A DNA stretch of 63,960 bases, the filler included, from Ionaspis alba (Eukaryota): the NCBI GenBank assembly GCA_964255285.1. It is 3 parts of 3 records of this genome, joined end to end, with 100 filler letters (N's around TTAATTAATTAA, not from the genome) between each part and the next. Parts side by side here need not be neighbours in the genome. Positions count along the whole stretch, not along the records: positions 1 to 21,572 come from CAXUUL010000220.1; 2 more parts are not named here. One strand, 5' to 3'. Position numbers and translations under genes: made by a program. The notes beneath the pieces are model-generated. The model did no database searches and was not told where the DNA came from. It worked only from the letters and a program-made list of their open reading frames with translations. This document shows positions 1-12,402 of this stretch, piece by piece (position 1 is the stretch's first letter; each line of letters opens with the position of its first letter).

Positions 1-214
1 CGAAGAACAGAAGACGAAAGCTCACAGGATCTGAATACCAGTATATTGATAGGTCCACAATAGCTTCATATATAGCAGAAGAAACGCTCCGACGATGCAC
101 AAGCGATTGACAGGAAATTGGTATATCTAGAATGCAAGCCTCCCATCCCAACAAACCCTTCTCACCTATGTATTCGACCAAACACTTCCCTCTCTGGCTC
201 CCTGAGCCTCTCCG

Positions 215-1811
215 TCAGCTCCCGCTATGCTCCGGACATCTCCCCACAACCCACTTCTCCCACATCTTCCTCTGCTGGTATAACACAAATCGACCATTAT
301 CCACCAAATCGTCTGCAGTGGCGGGATAAGAACTTCGCGAGCACGTACAGAACGGCAACGACACAGGCGTATCAGGCGAGAGCGCCAGCTCGTTGGCATC
401 AGGGCCATAATCGGTATCGGCATTACTTCGTTCCTCAGACCCATCATCCGAATTCTCATCGCCGAACTCAAATGCCTCCTCTTCAAGAATATGCGCTTGG
501 AAACGGTCTTCCTCATCACTATCACTAGCATTACCCGTCGAGGTATCGAGCACTTCCATGCTACCAGCCCAGACCTCGTCAAAGTGGGTAGCGTAGTCGA
601 TACGACGCAAACTGACCCAGTCCAGGAGCTCCATCTCCTCTCGCAGCATGGCTAGAACGTGCTTCCACATACTGCCATCCTTGAGCTGGACGTCTCGAAG
701 GCGCAGTCCGCGGAGTGTTTTCCGATGACGGCGGGCTAAACCGATGATTTCTTCAGCATCAAGACGCCATGATTGTACGCCAAAAGCACGCAGCTTTTCC
801 CAGTGTACATGGTGAAAGATGTCCTCTAATCTTATGTCTAGGGGCTCTCGTGAGGGAAAGCCGATGTGAACTGCTTGCATGTTCCTTGCGGCTGTGAAGA
901 TCGTTTGGAATAAGGTGGAGAGTTCTTTCATCTTCAAGTTCAGTTCGGCGCCGTCGTCAAAGTGAAGCTCTAGACAAGTAAGGCGTTCGGAGAGGAGAGA
1001 GACTGTGCGAGGGATATTATTTCTTATTGCCAGCGCGCTTTGTGGATTCATCATAGGTCCGGAGAAACGACTAAACGGCGAACGCCCATACTCCAGAGCC
1101 TCCCCAATCGTTTTCGATGCATGGTAACAAGCTGGTGTCCAGCGGAGGTCAACCAGCCGAGTTGGTGCATCATCACGCTCGTAGAGGTAGTCTAGGAGAC
1201 ATCGGTCTGCCTCGTCCTGCAATCTTAGTATTTGTACATGTTGAAGGCCGCGAAATGCCACCATCGCTTGCTTGAGTATTCGAGCATCTTCCCCTGACCG
1301 TATTATACTTCGTTGCGCTTCCGCCTTACGCTCAAAATATGCAGCGTCTAGCGCCTGCAGATCTCCGTTCGCATGATGTAGAAGCTCCCGTACTCGTTCT
1401 CTACCTACAGGCTTGTGTCAACGGAACCGAAGCCGATAGGTTCGAACAATAGTGCTTACCTTCTACGTAGAAGAAAGGAATCAGATAGCTGAACTTCTTG
1501 GTGTGCTTTGCGAGATGCGGTTGATTACTGATTCTCTCCAGTCGCTGTAAGCCAGCCCGGGAGAATCGAGTAGCTATTCGAGTGAACTGATGTGGTATGC
1601 CGAGCTCGGCGAACCTTCGACAAGCAAGTCTAAAGTTCCCGATGTCTTGCGCCTGGGACGGTAATGGAGGACTGGGAGGGCGGAAACTTTCCACCGATAA
1701 GTACGCTCGTCGGTCAATGCTGACGGATCTCTCTGGATCCGACTCGATGTGGTCGAGGATATCCTTGAGTAGTTCGTTGGAAAGCTTTTGAATGCTCGCT
1801 TGCTTCTGCAT
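215..1811 (-). CDS. Conserved fungal hypothetical protein with N-terminal F-box-like motif and LRR/RNI-like body; 2 exons (intron 1405-1459)
   Basis: ORFs 1401-1811 and 215-1264 join in frame through a GTAAGC...TAG intron (…FYVEG|RERVRELL…). N-terminus 'IQKLSNELLKDILDHI…NFRLACRRF' is F-box-like. Acidic tract near the C-terminus. Confidence 0.75.
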
Positions 1812-3477
1812 GTTTTATCGTAGTAGTCGATTCATAAACAGCTCGGACCGGAAAAGCGGAGAAAAAAGTCAATGTTTGGCAAAGGACGCAAAACCGTGGG
1901 AGGGCCACTTATCATCCTTGACGTCGCGAACAAGAGTATACGAGCAGAGCTGTGCCAAATGCGTAATGGAAGACGGATGAAGGACGATCAGGGCAGAAAA
2001 TGGAAGAGTGAAGATGTCAGACGACAGCATGCCAACACACACCCATGACTTTGGAATCCGCTCGACGGCACAGAGGCAAAGAGCAGCAGCCAGAAGCCAT
2101 CAATGAAACAATGCAGAAGAGACTGATGCAGCGGTCAGGCGCTAGAACACTTATTTACGCCGTCAAGTAGGAATGGGGAGAAGCATGCTGCGTTGCAAGA
2201 AAAAAGCCAGCGAACGCGCACAGTGGACCAGTTGCGGTGCATTGTCACCCACCATAAAATCACATGATCGAAATTGACACCATCGGCCATGGAGTGCCGC
2301 TGCAGACTACGACGACCATGCAACGGGCCGGGTCTGTCAGAGCTGGATGAGTGGCCGACTGGGGTTGGAGTGGATGCAACTGGCTTGGTGGTGTGGGCAG
2401 AGAGGGCAGAGGGGGTTAGATTTTGGGGGGTGGATAGTCGGCGAGGATCAGACTAGGAGGGGGCAGCAGACTCTTACAAAAAGAGACCAAGGTACGAAGT
2501 ACGCGGGAACAAGCGTGAGAAGGTGCAGATCTTGGCTTCCAGGCTTGCGTCAAATTGCATGGGCAGATACTGCCGAGCGGTCCTGGTGCAATTGAGTCTT
2601 TGCCTGGAGTGGGAAGAAGGAAAAGAGGGAGAGGAAGTAGCGGAGGAAAGATGGCAGGCCAGCTGCTGATTGACCGAAGAGGAGTGACAAGACCGGGGAG
2701 GATGCGGCGACATTAACACAATCAAAACGTGGGAGGACGTCATCAATCAACATCGAAACTAGAGAAAGGAACAATGATATTGTGGAAAAGCAAGACCCTC
2801 GCATCTAGTAGGACCTGGTTGGTATAAAGTCTGGCTGATTGATTTGACATCAATCAAAATGTTTGGTCCACAATGCTCCCACAACCGCCAATCGAAGCCA
2901 ATGGATGAAGGGATGAATCGTGGCTGGCGAATGGATGTCCCTGCCGTCCATTTCCCTCCTGATCCTGCCCTTTCACCATCCAAACCCTCGGCTTAATTAA
3001 TAGATCATGCGATTGTGCAGTCTTCGTTCCAGGCTCTGGCGCCTAACAAAGACGTCCGATGACCGACGACGACCTGTCACCTCCACATGTTCTGGTCTTC
3101 CTTCTACAACATGACCACGGAACAGCCATGTTTACTGTGTAATAGCAGATCTGAACGTGGAACTGTCACCTGTCATCGGTGCGGGACAGTTGACAGTTTG
3201 CCCCGGCATCGTACACACATCCACCACGGCCGAATTGCCATAGTGGTTCGAAGACACGGGGCTTTATCTTGCCTCTGCATGCGCAGCTCGTCGACATTCC
3301 CGCAGCATGCAGTTGGCATGACTATGCCTACTTGCTGTTAACCTGCATATACCTGTGCAGATACTATCTCTACAAATGATCTTCATGCCCACTTTTGGAA
3401 CCTTCTTTGCCGTCGAGAGTGCAAAAGAAGGTCACAGCGCAGGCTTTGATGTCGTACTACACTTGAGTAGCCGCCCT

Positions 3478-4731
3478 TCAATCTACCGCCGAAGACTTTT
3501 CGTGTAATTTCCGCCGAACCTCGGTGCTACTGATCTTGCTGTGAAAGTCTACTCGGCCCTCCGGGTCGACGTTGTCTTCTGCTTGTGCATCAAGGACGTC
3601 TACCTCAAAGATTTCCAGCGGCGACCAATTTTTCTCTATGCGCTTGTCGTTTACAGCCTTGCCTCCCGCTCGAGTCTCCCCCGAGATTACTAGTGCAGTG
3701 ATTGACGGGTCGGTGATGGTCGGTCCAAATGGATCAGAAATTTCCACACATTTGATAGTCAAGCCCGCCTTGAGCTTATGATGTACAGCTTTACCGTTCG
3801 GCCCAGGATTATCAAGTCGTTGCGACTCTTGAATGGTATCTTCTGGCTTGTCGAACCCAATAATCGCAGCGAGGAAGTCACGAACAACGATCTGCCTCTG
3901 ATCCCATGATTCCATTACCTCTGCGTACCGCTTGTTCTTCAATAGCTCATCTCCTGTAATGCCAATAGTCAAGCATCTGCCACCTGTCACAGCTGAACTT
4001 GCGTTGGGCTCAAGGATGAGAGCAGTAGCAGTCAGGAGGAGCTTGTGACCTGCGTGTAGATGATCAAAAGTTCCCCCAACAGCGACAGAGTAGTGGCGCT
4101 TCTCAACCGAGCCGTGTGACCCCGAAACAGGCTGTTCTGCATCGGACGATGCAACGAGAGCTCCATGAGCCACTTGAGTAACCTCGAGAGAAGGTACATG
4201 CGCCGAAGAAGGCAATGCCTTCCTCAGAGTCACGAATGTCTGCAACAATCCCCCTCCACTTACCATGTCTATACCATAGACATGGTTCCACGGTCTTCGA
4301 CTGTTCGCAAGGTTTTCTAAGGTAGTGATAGGTCCTTGGAAAGAGGACAGGTCTGGATTCTCTTGATCACGGTAGCTTGCACTGCCACCGATCAAAACGA
4401 CTCGAAAGTCAACGTCATTTCCAAATTGCAAATCAATGGCTTCTCGAGCACAAATCAAGCAGATAAGGCGATATAAAGTGGCTAAAGCATGTTGGGCTTG
4501 AGAATAAATAGAACTCCGGGGCCTCTCCATGGAAGGTGTAACTCCGGACAATGAAAGCCCAATGTCTAATATTGCCTTTCCAGCGGTCGCAGATCGCTCG
4601 GCAGCATCTTTCAGGACCTTGAAAAGCGCAGGCTCAAACAGTCTGCGGAAGGTGACCATGGAGGTTTCTTCCCGAGGAGGCGGAAGAATCAGTAGCCACA
4701 AAGGTGGGAAACTGTTTGAAGGACTAGCCAT
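3478..4731 (-). CDS. CAB4: Phosphopantetheine adenylyltransferase (cytidylyltransferase-like family, CoA synthesis)
   Basis: 417-aa single-exon ORF with 'VAVGGTFDHLHAGHKLLL' (HxGH), 'DPFGPTIT', 'ISGETRAGGKAVN' and 'KISSTEVR' motifs. Confidence 0.88.
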   Translation of the reverse strand: MASPSNSFPPLWLLILPPPREETSMVTFRRLFEPALFKVLKDAAERSATAGKAILDIGLSLSGVTPSMERPRSSIYSQAQHALATLYRLICLICAREAIDLQFGNDVDFRVVLIGGSASYRDQENPDLSSFQGPITTLENLANSRRPWNHVYGIDMVSGGGLLQTFVTLRKALPSSAHVPSLEVTQVAHGALVASSDAEQPVSGSHGSVEKRHYSVAVGGTFDHLHAGHKLLLTATALILEPNASSAVTGGRCLTIGITGDELLKNKRYAEVMESWDQRQIVVRDFLAAIIGFDKPEDTIQESQRLDNPGPNGKAVHHKLKAGLTIKCVEISDPFGPTITDPSITALVISGETRAGGKAVNDKRIEKNWSPLEIFEVDVLDAQAEDNVDPEGRVDFHSKISSTEVRRKLHEKSSAVD

Positions 4732-4966
4732 ATTTATTTCCTTCGCAGCGTTGCGGCTACCAGATGATCTTCTTTGCTCGAGAATCTGGAATGATGTTGC
4801 AAATTATCTCCTTGGACGAGCAGATTGAGCACAGCAAAGGCGAATCATATAGGGCAGATTTCAGGTACCGCGCTAAGCCTTATGCAGCATGAGCAGGTCG
4901 ACAACAGCCACACCACGTCTGCTCATTATTGTGCTGTAGCTGCGGTATTGTTCTCTTCCCCGAGCA

Positions 4967-7225
4967 ATGCCTGTATATGGGCATCAACAACCATATACAA
5001 ACGCTCAGCGCTATGAGAATGAGTCTTCCAACCTGAACGCTTTTGCTGTCAACAACGGAGCTTACCCGGCTGCACCAATACTAGGGTCGACGAGTACCCC
5101 TACCAATTCACAGACGTCGACTTTTGTGAACTCAACGAGCAACGCTTCCAGGAAAAAGCGGTTCAACCGAAATAGTGGAGAACAAACAGCACCACCTCTC
5201 AATCTAGGATTGCCGCCTCCAGGCGTAATTCCATCGACAATGGCAACTTCCGGTAGTTACAATTCCAACCAAAGCTTCGACTCCTCGCGGCGCCCGCCAG
5301 CACTTTTTGGACGTCAAACTGAAGAGTTGCATGTACCACAGGATCATTCCAACATGGGTCAGCAATCAGCCAGGGAACGCGATTCTTACAACTCCTACCA
5401 TTCAAACCCGACCTCGCAACTCAACAGCTCCTCAGTCTTACCATTGCCCTTACAAGCAGGTCATAATGGAAGACCGGCGGTAGCATCTGCAAACACTGCT
5501 CCTTCAACAGTTCCAGTTCTCCCTCCAATCTCAACTCAATCTCATGCTCAGGCCTTCTCAAGTCCTTCGCGCTCTTCTACCGCCGGCCATTCGCACAGCT
5601 ATTCACGATCCAGTCCTGCTGCACCTTTTGTGAACACACCTGAGGATTCTAAATTCGCGTCTCCTCCAAGCCACAAATACACTCCTCAGACGCCACACGG
5701 CGCATCATATTCGCCCCTGGGATTAGCAGACATCAGACCACGGGCAGACTCCGGCCATTCAGATGGTCCCACCAGTGCAAATCCATATTCGGAACAGTAC
5801 TCGACAGTTCCTACAAACTGTAACTATCTGGCGCCGTGGGCCGTCTATGCTTTTGATTGGTGTAAGTGGCCGGTTCAGCAACAGGGTCTTGGAGATGGAG
5901 CTGGAAAGATGGCCATTGGAAGTTATCTGGAAGACGGGCACAACTTTGTATGCTCAGAATGTGCATTCCCATTATGTACGCTGGCAGCTGATCGAATACA
6001 TAGATACAGATACTTGACTCCCAAATAGTCCCTGACCCTGAGCCGGACCCGACACCAGGAGCGCCGCAATATGGCTTGGAATATACGAAGATTGCTGAAG
6101 CTACACACTCATATCCCGTTACGCGAATACTGTGGGAGCCGGAGTCTTCATCAAAACAGTCGTGCGATCTACTAGCTACTTCTGGGGATCACTTACGGTT
6201 ATGGTCTTTACCAGGACAAAAGTCATATAATCCCGGCAATTCAATCACGAGATCCTCGAACACTAATGAACCACCCATACAAAAACTGACGCCACTCGCC
6301 CTTTTATCCAACTCAAAATCACCAGAACATACTGCACCTTTGACATCGCTGGATTGGAACACCTTGTCGCCGAGTCTAATCATCACATCCAGTATTGATA
6401 CTACATGTACGATATGGGATATACCGTCTTTGACTGCAAAAACACAGTTGATTGCACACGACAAGGAAGTCTTCGACGTCCGATTTTGTGCCAACAGCGT
6501 CGACGTCTTTGTAAGTTGTGGCGCCGACGGCAGCGTTCGCATGTTCGATCTCCGAAGCCTCGAGCACAGCACTATAATCTACGAGCCGTCCGAGAAGAAC
6601 GACAAATGTAAGTTCCCATCGCGACATCACACTGCAGATACCACTGACAGATGATGCACGCAGCCTCGAGTCCTGGCGACATGAGCCCCACCAAAGCACA
6701 ACAGACCATGTCCTACGCTCCACCACTCCTTCGCCTAGCCGGTATGTAACCACGCTCCTCGCGTCAAACATGCAGCTCCACACTGACACGTTTGCCTTAC
6801 CAGCATCCCCTCACGACGCTCACCTCCTTGCAACCTTCAGCCAAGACTCCAACGTCATCCGCATCCTCGACGTGCGCCAGCCCGGCCAAGCCCTCCTCGA
6901 ACTCCAAGGCCACGGCGCCCCTATCAATTGCATGGAATGGTCGCCTTCGCGTCGCGGGACCCTGGCATCCGGTGGCGATGACTCGCTTGTGCTCATCTGG
7001 GATCTGCTGAATCAAGGGAATGCTGCAGCTGTCCCCGGCGCCAATGGCATCCAGCAGCAACCGCATACGCCTGCTGCCACCGAGACCGCGAGGGGTCCGG
7101 CGGCTAGTTGGCAGTGCGAGTATGAGGTTGGGAATATTAGTTGGGCGCCGCAGAGTGGATTGACGAGTCAGGGGGATTGGTTGGGTGTTAGTGGTGGGAG
7201 GGGGGTTTGGGCTGTTAATTTATGA
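4967..7225 (+). CDS. WD40-repeat protein, DCAF7/WDR68/Han11 (YPL247C) family; 4 exons, long low-complexity N-terminus
   Basis: Motifs 'HSYPVTRILWEP', 'LLATSGDHLRLW', 'APLTSLDWN', 'TSSIDTTCTIWD', 'TQLIAHDKEVFDV' and 'GADGSVRMFDLRSLEHSTIIYE'. GT-AG introns at about 5948-6003, 6608-6663 and 6742-6803 restore the frame. Start codon uncertain. Confidence 0.9.
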
Positions 7226-7673
7226 GCATGATCATGATGGGCTAGGCAAGGGTATAGGTGACGAGGGGAATTGAGCTGGTCTCTTTGTGTTGGTCTTGTC
7301 AGCGAGGTGTTTGGAGTTTTGGCTTGTAGACGTCTCTGCATGTGCATGCATTGCGGTGGCGTTTTTCTATTCGAGGAAGATGATCGACGAGTTGTTTGAT
7401 CTTTGCGTCTTGATCTTTGTGTTTCCTCTGGACTTGTGCCTATCCTTGTGCCCTAAGGGGTTTATAAAAACATCACCCGTCGAAGGTCCGAATCGTTGGA
7501 AGGATCCTCAACGTTTCCCAATAGAGACGTCTGCATTACAACAGGGTTGGCCTCATTTTGTTGACCCCAAGAATCTGATCGCATACCTAATCCAGTATTG
7601 TGCTAAGTATTATTACACTTCGTACAATAAATCTGTATCGCAAGGGTACATCCGTCAACATCTGGTCAATCCC

Positions 7674-9251
7674 TCAACTTTCATGCCTCGAAATCAGGAG
7701 ATCCTCTCCTGGTCCCTCATCTTCGTCCGTCTCCACCTCCGCTCCCCGGGCCAGTTCCACCATATCCGCTGCTCCCGATGTACCATTATCCAATGCAGGC
7801 TCCATATGACTCGAACCAAAATTATCCATCTCTCGAGCCTCTCCATTCTCTTCTCCACGATCCACCTGTGACCTACGCCTCTCGATCCCATCCATCTTCC
7901 CAGCCTCCTCAACCGCAGCCAACAACATCTCCCTCCCCAACCTCAACGCCTCTCCTTCTGCTCCAATCGCACAAACCAACAACTTCCACTCCTTCTCCTC
8001 GGCCTGCCGCAGCTCACCATCCAGCACCTCAATCGCCTTCCCCATCTCCTTGAGCACCACCTGCATTCCGCCCTTTCCAGGCACCTCCCCTCCTTCGCCA
8101 ACCCAACCAAGACTCCTCTTCAAAGTATCCTCCACGCCCCCCACAACCTTCACACACCTTCCCCACACCTCTGCCCCAACCTCACACGCCTCTCCCTCCT
8201 CTTCCACACCCTCAATCCTGCCCTTCAACCCCTCGACTTCGCGCTCCACCTCCTGCCTCACAAGCTCCAACGTCCTCCTCTCAACCGGCAAGTCCCAAAC
8301 ACTGCTCTCCACCCCCTTCGGACTCCCAACATCACTTCTCCCCTCCCTACTCCTCGTAGGTGTTGGCGTCCGACTCCCGGAAGGCCTTGTACTAGCAGCC
8401 AAACGGTCCGTCCCCAATCCCGCACGCGAGCTACGTGACGGGGGCCGACGAAGAAACTCCTCGCGAATGCGTTTATCGAGCTCTGACTTCGCGTGCTGCC
8501 AACTACTCAGCCGACCGTCGAGTTTGTTTTCCCCTTCCACCCTCCGGGTCTTCACAATCCGTAAGCTGGCCTTCAGCTCCGCCAAGCGCTCTTCCAGCGC
8601 TTGGATCTCGCTCTCGAGCCCCTGTTCTTGCTCGGACAATTTCTGTGTTGCTGCCCGCCCAGTTGAGGGATCTTCTTCTATCTTTTTGATGGCAGCATCA
8701 ATGCCTCTGCGCTTTTTCGAGGCAGCTGTGATTGCTGAGAGCGTGCTTGAGCAGGTGGAGAGCTGAGAGCTGAGGGCTTGGGACTCGGAGGTTTTGAGGG
8801 AGGCCAGGGAGTGGAGGGTGCGCTGAATGCCGGTGCGTGCTGCTTGTAGACTTATCCCTCCGGCTTTTGAGCGCCGTACAGACTCTGTGGGATAGGTTTG
8901 GCGGGTCGAGTCTACGGATGATCGGGTTGAGGATTGGGAGGGAGACCGTGAGGAAGTAGGGGCCGGCGAGTCAGTGTATTTCCCTTCACTAGGATCGTCC
9001 TTGTATCTCTGATGGCGTTGGCTTTGCGGCGACGAGGGATTGGACCGGGCTTGCCCGAGCCCGGCGAGTAGACCTGCACTTTGGGCATCGAGAAGGGCTT
9101 GGAGAGTGCGTTGCAGGTAGGTGTTTTGCCGACTGAGGGCGGTCAGGGTATCGGCTGCGGAGAGGTTGGTGGGAGAGGGTGGGGAATTTGTCGGTGGTGG
9201 GAGCAGGAGGGAAGTGAAGGGCGTGCTAGGGAAGGGTGGCTGGGGCCGCAT
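7674..9251 (-). CDS. ATG28: Coiled-coil protein resembling fungal autophagy-related Atg28; 5' end abuts a gap
   Basis: 525-aa ORF with heptad-rich segments and the motifs 'LQALLDAQSAGLLAGLG' and 'EKEWKLLVCAIGAE', as recalled for filamentous-fungal Atg28-like proteins. The true start may lie in the gap. Confidence 0.6.
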   Translation of the reverse strand: MRPQPPFPSTPFTSLLLPPPTNSPPSPTNLSAADTLTALSRQNTYLQRTLQALLDAQSAGLLAGLGQARSNPSSPQSQRHQRYKDDPSEGKYTDSPAPTSSRSPSQSSTRSSVDSTRQTYPTESVRRSKAGGISLQAARTGIQRTLHSLASLKTSESQALSSQLSTCSSTLSAITAASKKRRGIDAAIKKIEEDPSTGRAATQKLSEQEQGLESEIQALEERLAELKASLRIVKTRRVEGENKLDGRLSSWQHAKSELDKRIREEFLRRPPSRSSRAGLGTDRLAASTRPSGSRTPTPTRSREGRSDVGSPKGVESSVWDLPVERRTLELVRQEVEREVEGLKGRIEGVEEEGEACEVGAEVWGRCVKVVGGVEDTLKRSLGWVGEGGEVPGKGGMQVVLKEMGKAIEVLDGELRQAEEKEWKLLVCAIGAEGEALRLGREMLLAAVEEAGKMDGIERRRSQVDRGEENGEAREMDNFGSSHMEPALDNGTSGAADMVELARGAEVETDEDEGPGEDLLISRHES

Positions 9252-9690
9252 CGTGNNNNNNNNNNNNNNNNNNNNNNNNNNNNNNNNNNNNNNNNNNNNN
9301 NNNNNNNNNNNNNNNNNNNNNNNNNNNNNNNNNNNNNNNNNNNNNNNNNNNNNNNGTAAAATGTTTATAAGATATATTTGATTATATTTATAGTCTATTC
9401 TCGGGTTTACAGACTTGCTCTGCTCAAGTCCTTCGTCTATGCCATCACTCCACCAACTCCATGCTATTCACTCCTCAACTCAATGTCTTTGCTGAGAACG
9501 AACTCCCGATGCTCCCAGACCAATGCCGTTCGTGGCAATCTGCCGAACCGATCCAGCCGTCCTGTATATCCGTTACTGCACTGATGATGTGCCCAGAGAA
9601 AGCTTTCTCGAACGAAGGTTATGAATGATAATGATAGAAAAGGTAAAGATGTATTGCGAGCCGGACCTCGAGCTTCGGCATTTACTGGTC

Positions 9691-12402
9691 TCATTCTGGA
9701 CGCTTCTTTCGCATGACCATGCCCCTTGTACCGGATAGATCGATTTCCAGACCCATGGCGTTGAACCTCTTCAGTCCAGTATTTGCGACGGAAGCCGCGA
9801 CTGGAGGTCCTGGAGTCACTGGTGCCGGTGCGGATACGGGTGAACGTAGCCGTGATTTTGCACTGTGAAATAAACGCTTGTATTTCAGTTCTGAAGGACC
9901 GGGCTGTGTTGTCTTGGTTGCTGTGTTCGACGGGGTCATGAAGAGCGACTTTATTGTTGTTGAAGCACCCTCGCTGTTGCGGTGTGGTGTGGAGGTTGGC
10001 ATGCTTGGTGTAGTTGAGGGAGTCATGAAGGTGTTTTGGCGGTGGTCACTTGCTGGGGTGACTGGTTGAGAAGCATAAGGGAATAATTGGCGTGAGGTAG
10101 CCCAATTTCCCTGCTGATTGGGCGAAGTGGGCGAGTAAGGTGATTCGGTTGATGAAGAGGAGGCATCAGCATCAGAGTCGGATGCTGAAAAGTTGGAAGT
10201 TTCCGCACCCGAAGAGATAATATCGTTTTGGCGGCTTGAAAGTAAAGATGTACGAGCAAACGGTATTGTTGAAGCCAGGTTGGTGTTGATTGATAGGTTT
10301 TGGCCGAACGAGGATTGGTCAGATTCTAGAGGGATGTTGATACTGCGCGATTTCTGGTGCTGCGAGTCTTTCAGTTGGTCGAGCCGCCCTTCCTTGACCC
10401 CTCTGGCTACTGTCGCAGTAGGATCACTAGCTTGTGACATTCTACGTCGGTGCTTCTCAACTCTGCTCTCTTTGAAGCCTCGTTTTCGTGCTTCTGATGT
10501 CGATCTGGTGTATGAAGCGAGTCGAAGATCGGCTTGACTCGAACTGAAGACAACTCGCGTCCGCAGTCTCTGCACTGCGTCGTCGAGTGCCAGCTCGATC
10601 GCGCAATGGTTTCTTATTCTGCTCATTTTTGGCCAGGTAGCTCTTTCTCCACATAATTGAGCGTGTTCCATATATTCGGGTGTCGGATTCGATAGCATGC
10701 GAGGGAAGTCGGCATAGGAGATTTCGGGAAATATGGTGATATCGCCCGAGTATTTCTGACTGAGAACGGATATAGTCTTTGTCAAAGTATTCGGAAATAT
10801 TCCCATTTCTGCCATCGAATGCATTCGATGAAGTGCTTCTCCCTTCGCAAGATGGCTGAGACTGTTCATCCAGGTCGGACCTGCAGCTACAGATGACGTG
10901 GACTGCTGAGCTTGTTGAGTGATTGAGTCCTCCTCCTTTACCAAGAAAGGAACGACGTGCGGATTGACTTGTGAAACGATGAAATGGTTGACGTTGAACA
11001 TTTCCGCCAAGCGAGTCATAGGGAGATCGTTGTCGACAGAACCATCGATCCAACGTTGTGGTGATGGGTTCCATGGTACGGTCTCACCCGTCTTCATGTC
11101 TTTGGCGAGTAGCGAAGCAGCAGAGAAGACAAATGGGACCGAGCACGATGCGGCACTGCAGATATGTCAATACTAGATGGATAGAGCGGAGAAGGGTTTA
11201 TAAACTCACACTGCTGACCAAATCAGGACGTTAGGTGCTGTAATGTAGTTCAAAAGTCGTGGCAATTCGTAAAGACTGGCACTTGACACGCATATATTCA
11301 AGATCCTCCTCGTGCGGTTGTAAGCTTCTTGAAACGTCATGTCTCCGAGAAGATCTTTCATTACTCGAACAAGATGCGATATATCGAATAGAGCACCGTA
11401 CTTGAGGAAGCGAGCAATCTTCTGCAGCACTCCGTCCTCGTTGCCCTCTTCCTCGAAGACTGCAAGGTCGCCGTGACAGAAACTGGCTAGCAGTTCGGGC
11501 ATTTCCTCATCGGTACGCGTGCATAGGACAGCGCATACAATGCTTCCTGCCGAAGCGCCAGAGATAATGCGAGGTAGTAGCCGTGCTTCCCAAAGAGTCT
11601 TTAATACTCCGATATGGTTCATCCCGAACGTCGCACCACCAGAAAGAAGCAGTGCACTTCGACCAAAGGCTTGTCGTGCAGACAATACCTGTTCTAGTAT
11701 ATGCTTTGTCTCGAGTCCATCGCATTTGGCTCTTGCAGAGACATCGAGTAGAGCATCTAACGTTTCGAGAGCTGACGTGATGTATCGTTCGATCAAATCC
11801 TTCGTCCCAATGTGGGTGTGCTTGTAGAGTTTGATGTTGCCCATGTCCCCAAGTCCTCGAGTAAGTGCCGTACGCACAAGGAACAGCATCCGCCCAACAT
11901 CGCAACTCGTTCGTGCTTCATCGAGCTGTTGTAGTCGTGACGCAACCAATCGAGAATCGTAATCCGGAGATTCGACTATGGTCTTCCATTCGTTGTTACC
12001 TTCCAGCTCGTCTAGTTCAGTCGCTGCAGCTTTCCAGTCATCGTATGACGTTGCCTGTTTGATTAGGAGGATTGTCAGAACATGCAACAAGATTCAAAAA
12101 GGGGGTTCTGATTCTAGACTCACATTGCGTTGCTTGAGATACAAAATGTGCTTTTTATCTTCTCGACGTTGCTGTTCAGCCCTCTCTTCGGCCGTCAAGC
12201 CATCATACCAATTCTCAACGGCCTCGCCAACAATTTCGACAGGGTTTCGCACGAGTTGAATCAGAGCAGCGATAGAGCTATTCGACCGTAGACTTCGACC
12301 GTTCTTCGATTCCATGCCATGGGATCCTGTTGAATTTGCGGCTGAAAGTGGCTTGCCATGTCCTGTACTCGAGAGTAAAGTCGAGTTCTGCAAGAAGGAC
12401 AT
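9691..12402 (-). CDS. TGL4: Patatin-like triacylglycerol lipase (Tgl4/Tgl5 family); 3 exons
   Basis: Gly-rich 'LSGGATFG', catalytic 'GASAG' (GxSxG), 'WIDGSV' (DGS) and 'NHFIVSQVNPH'. Introns at about 12056-12124 and 11157-11209. Confidence 0.88.

Noticed and set aside
8050..8766. Long antisense or alternative-frame ORFs over ATG28-like, MRC1, ECO1 and the 55.6-56.6 kb region
   Set aside because: These are shadow ORFs produced by codon bias and skew on the opposite strand of real genes, with low-complexity translations.
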